Shown here piece by piece: positions 10,151-18,479 of a stretch of 35,667 nt of DNA. The stretch spans positions 6,313 through 41,979 of the forward strand of contig MHLV01000016.1 in NCBI GenBank assembly GCA_001819145.1. The letters run 5' to 3'. Numbering within the stretch: the first letter of the stretch is position 1; each line of letters starts with the position of its first letter. The notes under the pieces were generated by a model, which did not search any database, was not told where the DNA came from, and worked only from the letters and a program-made list of their open reading frames with translations. The DNA is from Candidatus Nealsonbacteria bacterium RBG_13_36_15. GTDB lineage: Bacteria > Patescibacteriota > Minisyncoccia > Minisyncoccales > RBG-13-36-15. The translations under genes and the position numbers were made by a program.

Positions 10151-11146
10151 ATGGCAAAAACAAAAGAAAAGAAAATTGAGAGAGGAGATCTTCAAGAGGC
10201 AATAGAAGAGATTAAACAACGTTTTGGCGAAGGGGCCATTATGAGGCTAAAAGATGCTAGGGCAGTTGACGTTGATGTTATTCCAACGGGCTCCATATCT
10301 TTGGATTTGGCTCTGGGAGTAGGAGGCGTGCCTCGGGGAAGAGTGGTTGAAATTTTTGGGCCAGAGATGTCTGGCAAAACAACATTAGCCCTTCATATTT
10401 TGACAGAAACACAAAAAAAAGGAGGAGTAGGAGCTTTTATTGATGCAGAACATGCCTTAGATCCAGATTATGCAAAGAGAATTGGGGTTAATGTTGATGA
10501 TCTTTTAATCTCTCAGCCAGATTCTGGAGAACAGGCTCTGCAAATAGTTGAAACTTTAGTCAGATCGGGTCAGGTTGATTTGATTGTTGTTGATTCAGTG
10601 GCCGCTTTAACTCCGAAAAGCGAAATCGCAGGCGAGATGGGCGAATTACAGATCGGACTTCAAGCAAGATTGATGAGCCATGCTTTAAGGAAACTGTCTG
10701 GTATTATTGCCAAAACAAAGACAGTAGTTATATTTTTGAATCAAACACGAATGAAAATCGGGATTCGTTTTGGTAATCCTGAAACCACTCCTGGGGGACT
10801 GGCCCTCAAATTCTATGCTTCAGTGAGGGTTGATTTAAGAAGAATAGCCCAGATTAAACATGGGGAAGAGATTATTGGGTCCCGCGTTAAGGCAAAGATA
10901 GTTAAAAATAAAGTGGCAGCTCCCTTTAAGATTGCTGAATTTGATATTTATTACAACGAAGGAATTTCTTATTTTGGCGATATTTTACAGAGCGCCTTAA
11001 AGCAAGAGTTGATAAAAAAAACCGGGAGTTGGCTCCAGTACGAGGACGTAAAGCTTGGCCAAGGAATAGAGGGGGCAAGAAAATATTTACAAGAAAATCC
11101 CGAATTAGCCGAGAAGATAAGAAAGATAATAGTAGAAAAAGATTAG
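10151..11146 (+). CDS. recA: Recombinase A
   Basis: [64 protein letters not shown]. Confidence 0.99.
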   Translation: MAKTKEKKIERGDLQEAIEEIKQRFGEGAIMRLKDARAVDVDVIPTGSISLDLALGVGGVPRGRVVEIFGPEMSGKTTLALHILTETQKKGGVGAFIDAEHALDPDYAKRIGVNVDDLLISQPDSGEQALQIVETLVRSGQVDLIVVDSVAALTPKSEIAGEMGELQIGLQARLMSHALRKLSGIIAKTKTVVIFLNQTRMKIGIRFGNPETTPGGLALKFYASVRVDLRRIAQIKHGEEIIGSRVKAKIVKNKVAAPFKIAEFDIYYNEGISYFGDILQSALKQELIKKTGSWLQYEDVKLGQGIEGARKYLQENPELAEKIRKIIVEKD

Positions 11147-11173
11147 TAAGTCTTTAAATTATAATTTATTAGT

Positions 11174-11216
11174 AAAATAAAAACGGCTAATATCTTTTAG
11201 CCGCTTTTATTTTTTT
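11174..11216. terminator. Bidirectional intrinsic terminator between convergent recA and rpsR
   Basis: AAAATAAAAA-CGGCTAA-tatct-TTAGCCG-CTTTTATTTTTT, a stem with an A-tract on the left and a T-tract on the right. Confidence 0.8.
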
Positions 11217-11249
11217 AGTCAAAGGAAGTAACTTTTGATCGTTTAATGA

Positions 11250-11447
11250 CTATTTTATAGTATGGGCAAGTAAACCAAGATGACGGGCTCTTTTTATTGC
11301 TTTTGCCAGTTTACGTTGATGCAGAGAACAAACCCCGGTTCTTTTTTTGGCTCTGATTTTAGCTAAACCAGAGGTGAATTTTTCTAAAGTTTTAACATCT
11401 TTAAAATCAATCCCTTTTAAATTGTGTTTACAAAAAAAACATTCCAT
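11250..11447 (-). CDS. rpsR: 30S ribosomal protein S18 (Zn-binding C+ form)
   Basis: CFFC...IDFKDVKTL...KI...RTGVCSLHQRKLAKAIKRAR, in the rpsF-ssb-rpsR order. Confidence 0.95.
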   Translation of the reverse strand: MECFFCKHNLKGIDFKDVKTLEKFTSGLAKIRAKKRTGVCSLHQRKLAKAIKRARHLGLLAHTIK

Positions 11448-11454
11448 ATTTTAT

Positions 11455-11892
<438 letters not shown>

Positions 11893-11893
11893 T

Positions 11894-11968
11894 CACGAAT
11901 AATGCCACGGATTCCCTCATTAATTGTCAAGAATGAGTTATTAGTGAGTATCCGTAGGTAAATTAGTG
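11894..11968. repeat. Imperfect inverted repeat filling the rpsF-ssb spacer
   Basis: CACGAAT/ATTAGTG, ACGGAT/ATCCGT and CTCATT/AATGAG are nested symmetrically. Confidence 0.6.
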
Positions 11969-11984
11969 TTTTATTAATATTTTA

Positions 11985-12410
11985 TTATTCGTCTAATATT
12001 TCTTCTAATTTTTTTTCAATTTCTTTCAAATCTACCTTTTCTGAAAAAGGCTTAACCTTTTTTTCTATCTTAGGAACTTGGGGCAGGGACCTATAAGCCT
12101 TAATTTTTTTTAGCTCCTTTTTTGCTAAGATAATATAGCGAAGGATTTGATTTTCAGAATTGAGTTTTGTTTTCAGCATTTCTACTTTTTCAGGGTTAAA
12201 ATAAAAATTTAAAACACCCAAATAAGCTTGCCCCTCTTTTTTAATCGGTGAGCCTAATTTCCTTTTGCCCAAGTCCTCTTTAATAGAAAAATTTTTATCT
12301 AAAAGCCCCTCGTTTTCTTGAACAAACGAAGATATTTTCTCTGAAAAACTTGTGGACTCACTTTCTGTTAAATTTGAGGAAAGAAAATAAGTTAATTCGT
12401 ATAGTCTCAT
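11985..12410 (-). CDS. rpsF: 30S ribosomal protein S6
   Basis: MRLYELTYFL...DLGKRKLGSPIKKEGQAYL...ILRYII, upstream of ssb. C-terminal extension LKEIEKKLEEIL. Confidence 0.92.
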   Translation of the reverse strand: MRLYELTYFLSSNLTESESTSFSEKISSFVQENEGLLDKNFSIKEDLGKRKLGSPIKKEGQAYLGVLNFYFNPEKVEMLKTKLNSENQILRYIILAKKELKKIKAYRSLPQVPKIEKKVKPFSEKVDLKEIEKKLEEILDE

Positions 12411-12422
12411 GTTTTTTTTGAT

Positions 12423-13466
12423 TTATATCTTGAATTCTACCACATCACCATCTTGAACGATATATTCTTTACCAACCGTTTTAATCTCTCCTTTCTCGCG
12501 AGCCTTAGGCCAAGAGCCGATTTTAACTAAATTCTGCCAGGGGATTACTTCAGCGCGAATGAATTTCTCTTGAAAATCAGAATGAACACAGCTAGCCGCT
12601 TCCAAAACGAACTTGCCTTTTTTTAATGTCCAGGCCCGAGCTTCTTTTCCGCCAGCTGTCGTATAGAAGGTGATCAAATCAAGGATATTGTAACAAGTAA
12701 GGATTAACTGGTCAAGTCGGGATTTTAATCTTAATTCTTCAATTTCTAATTCTGATAATTCAGAAATTTCTTCTTCTGTTTTTAAGTCAATGGTTAATTT
12801 AGACAATGAGGCTTTGATAGAGTTTTCTTCTGATTCTTCATCAGTATTCAGGACATAAATAATAGGCTTCAAGGTCAAGAATTGATATTCTTTAATTTCT
12901 TTTTTATCCTCTTTCGAAAGAAATATGGCCGAGATGAACTTTCCTTCGGAAAGACCCTGACGAATTGTTTTGAGTAATTCTTTTTTTTTGATAACCTTTT
13001 TATCTCCGGCCCTAGAGTCTCTTTCCATCTTTTGTAGCAGGCTTCCTATCATTTCCAAATCTTTCATTAATAGTTCAGTTTCAACTATTTCAATATCTTG
13101 CCTAGGGTTAATTTCTCCTGTGACATGTTCAACTCCTTTGCCTTTAAAATCTCGGACGATTTCTAAAATTAAATCACAAGTTTTGATACAAGAAAGAAAT
13201 TGATTTCCCAATCCCTCTCCCTTATGAGCGCCTTTGATAAGACCTGCTATGTCAACAAAATCAATAATAGTGGGAGTAACTTTTTTTGGTTTTATTACTT
13301 CAGCAATTTTTTTTAATCTTTCGTCAGGAACAGCCACCGTTCCTACATTGGGATCTATAGTGGTAAAAGGATAAGAAGCAATATCAACCTGTTTTTTGGT
13401 TAAGGCCTTAAAGAGAGTTGATTTACCAACATTGGGAAGGCCCACTATAGCTACAGAAAAAGACAT
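12423..13466 (-). CDS. ychF: Redox-regulated ATPase YchF (Obg family)
   Basis: IVGLPNVGKSTLF, YPFTTIDPNVG, FVDIAGLIKGAHKGEGLGNQFL, GKEYIVQDGDVVEFK. Confidence 0.97.
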   Translation of the reverse strand: MSFSVAIVGLPNVGKSTLFKALTKKQVDIASYPFTTIDPNVGTVAVPDERLKKIAEVIKPKKVTPTIIDFVDIAGLIKGAHKGEGLGNQFLSCIKTCDLILEIVRDFKGKGVEHVTGEINPRQDIEIVETELLMKDLEMIGSLLQKMERDSRAGDKKVIKKKELLKTIRQGLSEGKFISAIFLSKEDKKEIKEYQFLTLKPIIYVLNTDEESEENSIKASLSKLTIDLKTEEEISELSELEIEELRLKSRLDQLILTCYNILDLITFYTTAGGKEARAWTLKKGKFVLEAASCVHSDFQEKFIRAEVIPWQNLVKIGSWPKAREKGEIKTVGKEYIVQDGDVVEFKI

Positions 13467-13467
13467 A

Positions 13468-13618
13468 CCCCGTAGGAAATTAAATATTTTCCGTGGTTAT
13501 TTTAGACAGACCTTTGAATAATTGTATAATTTACAGCCTCGTAGGTAATCCGGAATTTTTACTAGAAAATATTTTAACTATACTTTTAACCACGAAATTC
13601 CTCTGATTTCCTACGGGG
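13468..13618. repeat. 151-bp palindromic element (REP/MITE-like) with 13-bp terminal inverted repeats
   Basis: CCCCGTAGGAAAT (13468-13480) / ATTTCCTACGGGG (13606-13618). Inner CGTGGTTA (13492-13499) / TAACCACG (13587-13594). Degenerate third arm GCCTCGTAGGTAATC at 13536-13550. Confidence 0.8.
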
Positions 13619-13628
13619 CATATAGATA

Positions 13629-13637
13629 TGGTATAAT
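13629..13637 (+). promoter_or_regulatory. Extended -10 promoter, near-leaderless, for the phosphomannomutase gene
   Basis: TGGTATAAT ends 8 nt before the ATG at 13646, with no SD. Confidence 0.6.
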
Positions 13638-13645
13638 AAAAAAAC

Positions 13646-15052
13646 ATGAAAATCAATCCAAACATTTTCCGCGCTTACGATATCAGGGGAATTTATCCTG
13701 CAGAATTAAACGAGAAAGTGTCCCGTTTAATTACTTTGGCTTATGTGAATTTGTATCCCCATACTCAGAAAATAATTGTAGCTCGCGACCCAAGAATTAG
13801 TTCGCCGTTCTTAAGCAAAGAAATTATTAATACTTTCATAAAGTCTGGAAAGGAAGTGATTGATATCGGAATAGCGCCAGACCCTTTGTTTTATTTTTCA
13901 ATTTTCTACTATCTTATTGATGGAGGAATTATGATAAGCGGTTCTCACAATCCTAAGGAATACAACGGTCTAACCCTTAATGTCCGAAAAAAGGATAAAA
14001 AAATTAACGAAGATGTTATGGGCAGAGATCTGGAAAAAATAAAAGAACTGGTTTTAAGCCAAAACATAAAAAAAGCCGGAAAAGGAGGTAAAATTAGAGA
14101 TTTTAATCCTACCGAAGATTATATTAATTATGTAACAAAAAAAATTAACCTAAAGAAACCCTTAAAGATTGTTATTGACTCTGGTAATGGCGCTTGTGGC
14201 TATCTACCAGAAAAAGTATTCCAAAAACTTGGTTGTCAAGTTAAAACTCTCTATGGCGAATTTGACGGGACGTTTCCCCATCACTTGCCCGATCCCTATC
14301 AAAAGGAAAATATTCAAGATATTCAAAAGGCGGTTATTGAAGAAAAAGCAGACATAGGATTTGCCTATGACAGTGACGGTGACCGAGTTGCTCCGATTGA
14401 CAATAAGGGTCGGTTCATTGAAGGTGATTTTTGTCTTTTAATGCTAGCCCGCCAGGCCTTAGAAAAGAAAAAGGGTCCTATTGTTCACGATATGAGAGTT
14501 TCTAAGGCTTTTCTCGATGAGATGTCAAAACAAGGGATAAAGACACACTTTTCTGTTTCTCATCATTCCTCGGTTATTGATAAAATTATTAAAACTAACG
14601 CTGTTTTTGGAGGAGAAGTTACTCTTCATTTTCTTTTTCCTCAAGATTATTATCTTTGCGACGATGCTATTTTCGCCTCTTTGAAATTAGCCGAGATTGC
14701 TTCAAGAGAAGATAAGTTCTCAAACTATGTAGACAGCTTACCAAAATACTGTATTAGTCCTGAGGTTTTTATTGATTCAACCGACGAAGAAAAATTTGGG
14801 ATTATTAAAAATCTTCAGGATTATCTCAGGAAAAATAATTATAATTTTATTGATATTGATGGAGCAAGAATTAATTTTGAGCATGGCTGGGCTTTAGCCC
14901 GAGCAGCAAATACTACGCCGATTATTAAATGTCGTTTTGAAGGAGAAACCAAAAATCATTTAATTGAAGTGGAAAGGAAGGCTCTAGAAATTTTTAAAAA
15001 AGCGGGAATTCCCATAACAAAAAAGACCTATCAAGAATTAGGCCTTCAATAA
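13646..15052 (+). CDS. Phosphomannomutase/phosphoglucomutase (alpha-D-phosphohexomutase family)
   Basis: IFRAYDIRG, phosphoserine loop SGSHNP, metal loop DSDGDR, IDGARINF..GWALARA. Confidence 0.95.
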   Translation: MKINPNIFRAYDIRGIYPAELNEKVSRLITLAYVNLYPHTQKIIVARDPRISSPFLSKEIINTFIKSGKEVIDIGIAPDPLFYFSIFYYLIDGGIMISGSHNPKEYNGLTLNVRKKDKKINEDVMGRDLEKIKELVLSQNIKKAGKGGKIRDFNPTEDYINYVTKKINLKKPLKIVIDSGNGACGYLPEKVFQKLGCQVKTLYGEFDGTFPHHLPDPYQKENIQDIQKAVIEEKADIGFAYDSDGDRVAPIDNKGRFIEGDFCLLMLARQALEKKKGPIVHDMRVSKAFLDEMSKQGIKTHFSVSHHSSVIDKIIKTNAVFGGEVTLHFLFPQDYYLCDDAIFASLKLAEIASREDKFSNYVDSLPKYCISPEVFIDSTDEEKFGIIKNLQDYLRKNNYNFIDIDGARINFEHGWALARAANTTPIIKCRFEGETKNHLIEVERKALEIFKKAGIPITKKTYQELGLQ

Positions 15053-15073
15053 AGTTTTATTATAAATAATTGA

Positions 15074-16051
15074 TTAGAAGATTCCCATCTTTTTTCTGAC
15101 ATTTTCCATAGTTAAGGCAGCCAAGGAGCGGGCTTTTTTTGTCCCCCGATCCAAAACTTCTTTTATATAAACTTCTCTTTGATCAAGCTCTTTTTTCTTC
15201 TCCCTGAACAGCCCTAAGGAATCTATTAAAATTTTCGCTAAAGATTTTTTTAATTCTGCGTATCCTTTATTTTTGAAATCATTTTCTAATTTTTTAATCG
15301 GTTCTCCGCTAAAAATGTGATAAATCATTAAAAGATTGGAAATGCCGGGCTTTTTTAAGGGATCATATCTGATATTTCTGCCGGGATCAGTAACCGTAGC
15401 CATTATTTTCTTTTTGATTTCTTCTGGCGCATCAAAGAGACTAATATAGCCGTGAGGACCATCGGTTTTGGACATTTTTTTCTTGGGGTTTTGCAAAGAC
15501 ATAATTTTTTCCCCAACTTTTGGCAGCAGGACCTTAGGTTCCTTAAAAACTTTCCCAAATTTATTATTGAAACGACGAGCAATTTCTTTGGTTAATTCAA
15601 CATGTTGTTTCTGGTCCTTACCCACCGGAACCGCATCTGTCTGATAAAGCAAGATATCAGCTGCCATTAAAAGGGGATAATTTAAGAGTCCGGCATTAAT
15701 ATATTCTAGATGTTTTTTTGACTTTTCTTTAAATTGGGTCATCCTTTTTAATTCACCTAAAGGAGTAATTGTTCCCAATAGCCAGGCTAATTCAGTATGT
15801 TCTTTTATTTCAGATTGGACGAAAAATATGCATTTTTCTGGATCCAAGCCAGCGGCTAAATAAACTATAGCTAAATCCCGAATGTTTTTTTGTAATTCCC
15901 CGGGCTTATATGGCGTAGTCATGGCATGTAGGTCAACAATACAAAAAACGCATTCAGCTTTTTCCTGAAGTTCTATCCATTGCCTTATGGCTCCTAAATA
16001 ATTTCCAATATGTAACTCACCCGTTGGTCTAATACCGCTAAAAACTCTCAT
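15074..16051 (-). CDS. trpS: Tryptophan--tRNA ligase
   Basis: FSGIRPTGELHIGNYLGA (HIGH motif), YPLLMAADILLY, VPVGKDQKQH, KKMSK (KMSKS motif). Confidence 0.98.
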   Translation of the reverse strand: MRVFSGIRPTGELHIGNYLGAIRQWIELQEKAECVFCIVDLHAMTTPYKPGELQKNIRDLAIVYLAAGLDPEKCIFFVQSEIKEHTELAWLLGTITPLGELKRMTQFKEKSKKHLEYINAGLLNYPLLMAADILLYQTDAVPVGKDQKQHVELTKEIARRFNNKFGKVFKEPKVLLPKVGEKIMSLQNPKKKMSKTDGPHGYISLFDAPEEIKKKIMATVTDPGRNIRYDPLKKPGISNLLMIYHIFSGEPIKKLENDFKNKGYAELKKSLAKILIDSLGLFREKKKELDQREVYIKEVLDRGTKKARSLAALTMENVRKKMGIF

Positions 16052-16133
16052 TTTTAGGTTTTAGGTTCTATCTTCTAGGTGTTTAGATTAATTAGAATCT
16101 AGATACTAAGGACATAGATGCTAAACGCTAAAA
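16052..16133. repeat. Inverted array of ~7-nt repeats filling the rnj-trpS spacer
   Basis: Left arm TTTTAGG TTTTAGG TTCTATC TTCTAGG TGTTTAG. Right arm TCTAGAT ACTAAGG ACATAGAT GCTAAAC GCTAAAA. Confidence 0.7.
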
Positions 16134-16135
16134 AT

Positions 16136-17818
16136 CTATACTTCAATAATAACTGGCAATATCATAGGGCGACGCTGAGTCTTTGTATAGAGAAATTGGC
16201 CGATTTTATTTCTGACTTCATCTTTTACATAAGTCCAGTTGACCACACCATCGGACCCGGCTGTTTGGTTAACAATGCTAATGACTTTTTTCCGGGTAGC
16301 TGCCAATAATTCTTTTGATTCTCTTAAGTAAACAAAACCCCTGGAGATTATATCTGGAGATCCCCGAACTCTACCGGTTTGTCTGTCAACAACAGCGACA
16401 ATAACAAACATTCCGTCTTTAGCTAAAGTTTTACGATCTCTAAGAACCACTTCTCCGACATCTCCAACTCCCAGACCATCGACCATAACATAATTTGAGG
16501 GAACTGTTTTATTCTGAACAAAGGCTTCTTTCCGATTTAAGATGATAATCTGACCATTTTCAGCTAAAATAATATTTCTTTCCGGAATTCCTTGGGATTT
16601 GGCTAAGTTCGCGTTGGCAACCATCATTGATAACTGGCCATGAATCGGGAAGAAAAATTTCGGCCTCATAATTTTAATCATTTTTTTTAATTCTTCTCTC
16701 TGGGCATGGCCACCGGCATGGATATCCATCATTCGATAATGGAAAACTTCAGCTTTCTGACGATAAAGACCGTCTTTTAGGATTTGAACCGTTCTTTCAT
16801 TTCCCGGAATAACCGACGAGGAAAAGATAACGGAATCCCCTCCCTTAAGGCGCAAAAGCGGATGTTCTTTTGTGGCAATTCTCATTAAAACAGCCTGCCC
16901 TTCTCCCTGGGCCCCAGTGCACAATACAGTTATTTTAGAATCTGGCAATTTTTCTATATATTTGGTGTTAATTAAGGTGCCTTTTTTGATTTTAAGATAG
17001 CCTAAATTTCGGGAAATCTCAACATTTGTTCTCATTGAATAACCTTCAATAGCTACTTTTCTTCCGTATTTTTCTGATAGAATTATTATCTGCTGAATTC
17101 TATTAATAAGAGAGGCAAAGGTAGCTGCAATAATTCTGCCCTTTGCTTTTTTGAATATTTCTTCTAAATTTTTTGAAATAAGGCTTTCTGAAAAAGAATG
17201 CCCCTCTTCTTCAGCTCCCGTTGAGTCCGACATTAAAAGTAAAATCTTTTGAAGGCTAATTCTGTTTAATTTTTTAAAATCGGTTGGTAAATCATTAACC
17301 GGGCTAGAGTCAAATTTGAAATCAGAAGTATGCACCAGGTTTCCAATAGGAGTCTGGATAAAGAGACCAAAATTATCTGGGATATTATGATTCTGGCGGA
17401 AAAACTCAACCCCAAAGGGGCCAAGTTTTATTATTGATCCATTTCTGATACTTTTTATTTCAAGTTTTCTTTTAATTGGAAAATCTTCCTGCCTTCTTAA
17501 TATAATTCCTCTGGCTAAGGGGGAAGCAAAAAGGGGGGGATAGCCAATTTTTTCAATAAGATAAGGAACCGCTCCAATGTGGTCATAGTGTCCATGGGTG
17601 AAAACTACTCCTAAGATATTCTTTTCTCTACCTTTTAAATAAGAAATGTTCGGTATAATATAGTCTACTCCCGGCATATCCTCTTCTGGCATTCTAAAAC
17701 CCATATCAATGATTAAAATTTTACCTTGCCATTCAAGAATCATCATATTCCGGCCGACCTCACCCAGCCCTCCTAAAGGAATAATTTTGAGGCTTAATTG
17801 TTTTTTTGTTTTTTCCAT
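16136..17818 (-). CDS. rnj: Ribonuclease J
   Basis: IIPLGGLGEVGRNM, THGHYDHIG metallo-beta-lactamase motif, HTSDFK, TGAQGE, HAGGH, TQRRPMILPVIIEV. Confidence 0.97.
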   Translation of the reverse strand: MEKTKKQLSLKIIPLGGLGEVGRNMMILEWQGKILIIDMGFRMPEEDMPGVDYIIPNISYLKGREKNILGVVFTHGHYDHIGAVPYLIEKIGYPPLFASPLARGIILRRQEDFPIKRKLEIKSIRNGSIIKLGPFGVEFFRQNHNIPDNFGLFIQTPIGNLVHTSDFKFDSSPVNDLPTDFKKLNRISLQKILLLMSDSTGAEEEGHSFSESLISKNLEEIFKKAKGRIIAATFASLINRIQQIIILSEKYGRKVAIEGYSMRTNVEISRNLGYLKIKKGTLINTKYIEKLPDSKITVLCTGAQGEGQAVLMRIATKEHPLLRLKGGDSVIFSSSVIPGNERTVQILKDGLYRQKAEVFHYRMMDIHAGGHAQREELKKMIKIMRPKFFFPIHGQLSMMVANANLAKSQGIPERNIILAENGQIIILNRKEAFVQNKTVPSNYVMVDGLGVGDVGEVVLRDRKTLAKDGMFVIVAVVDRQTGRVRGSPDIISRGFVYLRESKELLAATRKKVISIVNQTAGSDGVVNWTYVKDEVRNKIGQFLYTKTQRRPMILPVIIEV

Positions 17819-17827
17819 AAATTAAAG

Positions 17828-17914
17828 TGGTGCGGACGGTGGGAATTGAACCCACAAGGTCTTTCGACCACATGATCCTGAATCATGCGCGTATCCCAGT
17901 TCCGCCACGTCCGC
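17828..17914 (-). tRNA. tRNA-Leu (anticodon CAG), CCA encoded
   Basis: Reverse complement GCGGACG...CGTCCGC-ACCA acceptor stem, anticodon arm CATGA-TTCAGGA-TCATG, long variable arm GGTC-GAAA-GACC, T arm GTGGG-TTCAATT-CCCAC. Confidence 0.96.
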
Positions 17915-18479
17915 TCTTGAGGAAATCTAAATTCTTTGGGATTTTCTTTAAAGGTTTTTCAAGGCGTAACCTTGGGACATTTTTATAATTTTTATTCTTT
18001 ATCCAACCTTTTTGAGTATAAAAATAACATGCTCCCCCAAGTCTTTCAAATAGAGCATAAGAATTTTTGCATTTTTTGGAAACCCAATTAGCCATTTTCA
18101 GCTCTTTCTTGGAAGGATTAATAGTTACATGACCATAATGAGGGGGGATAACAATAATGTCCCCTGCTTTAGCTTTGACAGCATAAATATCCTCAATTCT
18201 TTTATTTTTGTATCTTTGAAGCAAATAGATCGCTTTTCCCGATAGCACTTTGTAAATCTCTTGGAACCTTTCAAGATGTTCGTGGCCAACAGTTTTGGGA
18301 AATTCTCTTCCCAACATCTTATCTTTTATTTTTGTAATATCATATCTTAATTCTCCTTTTTTTTTGATGCCGCGATACATATAATAGACTTCAAAATTAT
18401 CAGACTTTTTAAACCAGTTTCGATCATAAACCACCTTTTCCATGTCATTTAAAAAACGGATTCCCGGTTTAATTTTCAT
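17883..18479 (-). CDS. Cupin-type (archaeal-type) glucose-6-phosphate isomerase
   Basis: PKTVGHEH...EIY.VLSG...IVIPPHYGHVTIN cupin motifs. Start placed at 18479 (ATGA overlap with the upstream stop). The ORF-track start at 18485 is also possible. Confidence 0.85.
   Translation of the reverse strand: MKIKPGIRFLNDMEKVVYDRNWFKKSDNFEVYYMYRGIKKKGELRYDITKIKDKMLGREFPKTVGHEHLERFQEIYKVLSGKAIYLLQRYKNKRIEDIYAVKAKAGDIIVIPPHYGHVTINPSKKELKMANWVSKKCKNSYALFERLGGACYFYTQKGWIKNKNYKNVPRLRLEKPLKKIPKNLDFLKSGRGGTGIRA

Noticed and set aside
17828..17914. tRNA-Leu as an integration site
   Set aside because: No duplicated tRNA 3' end and no integrase seen in the window. The flanking genes are housekeeping.
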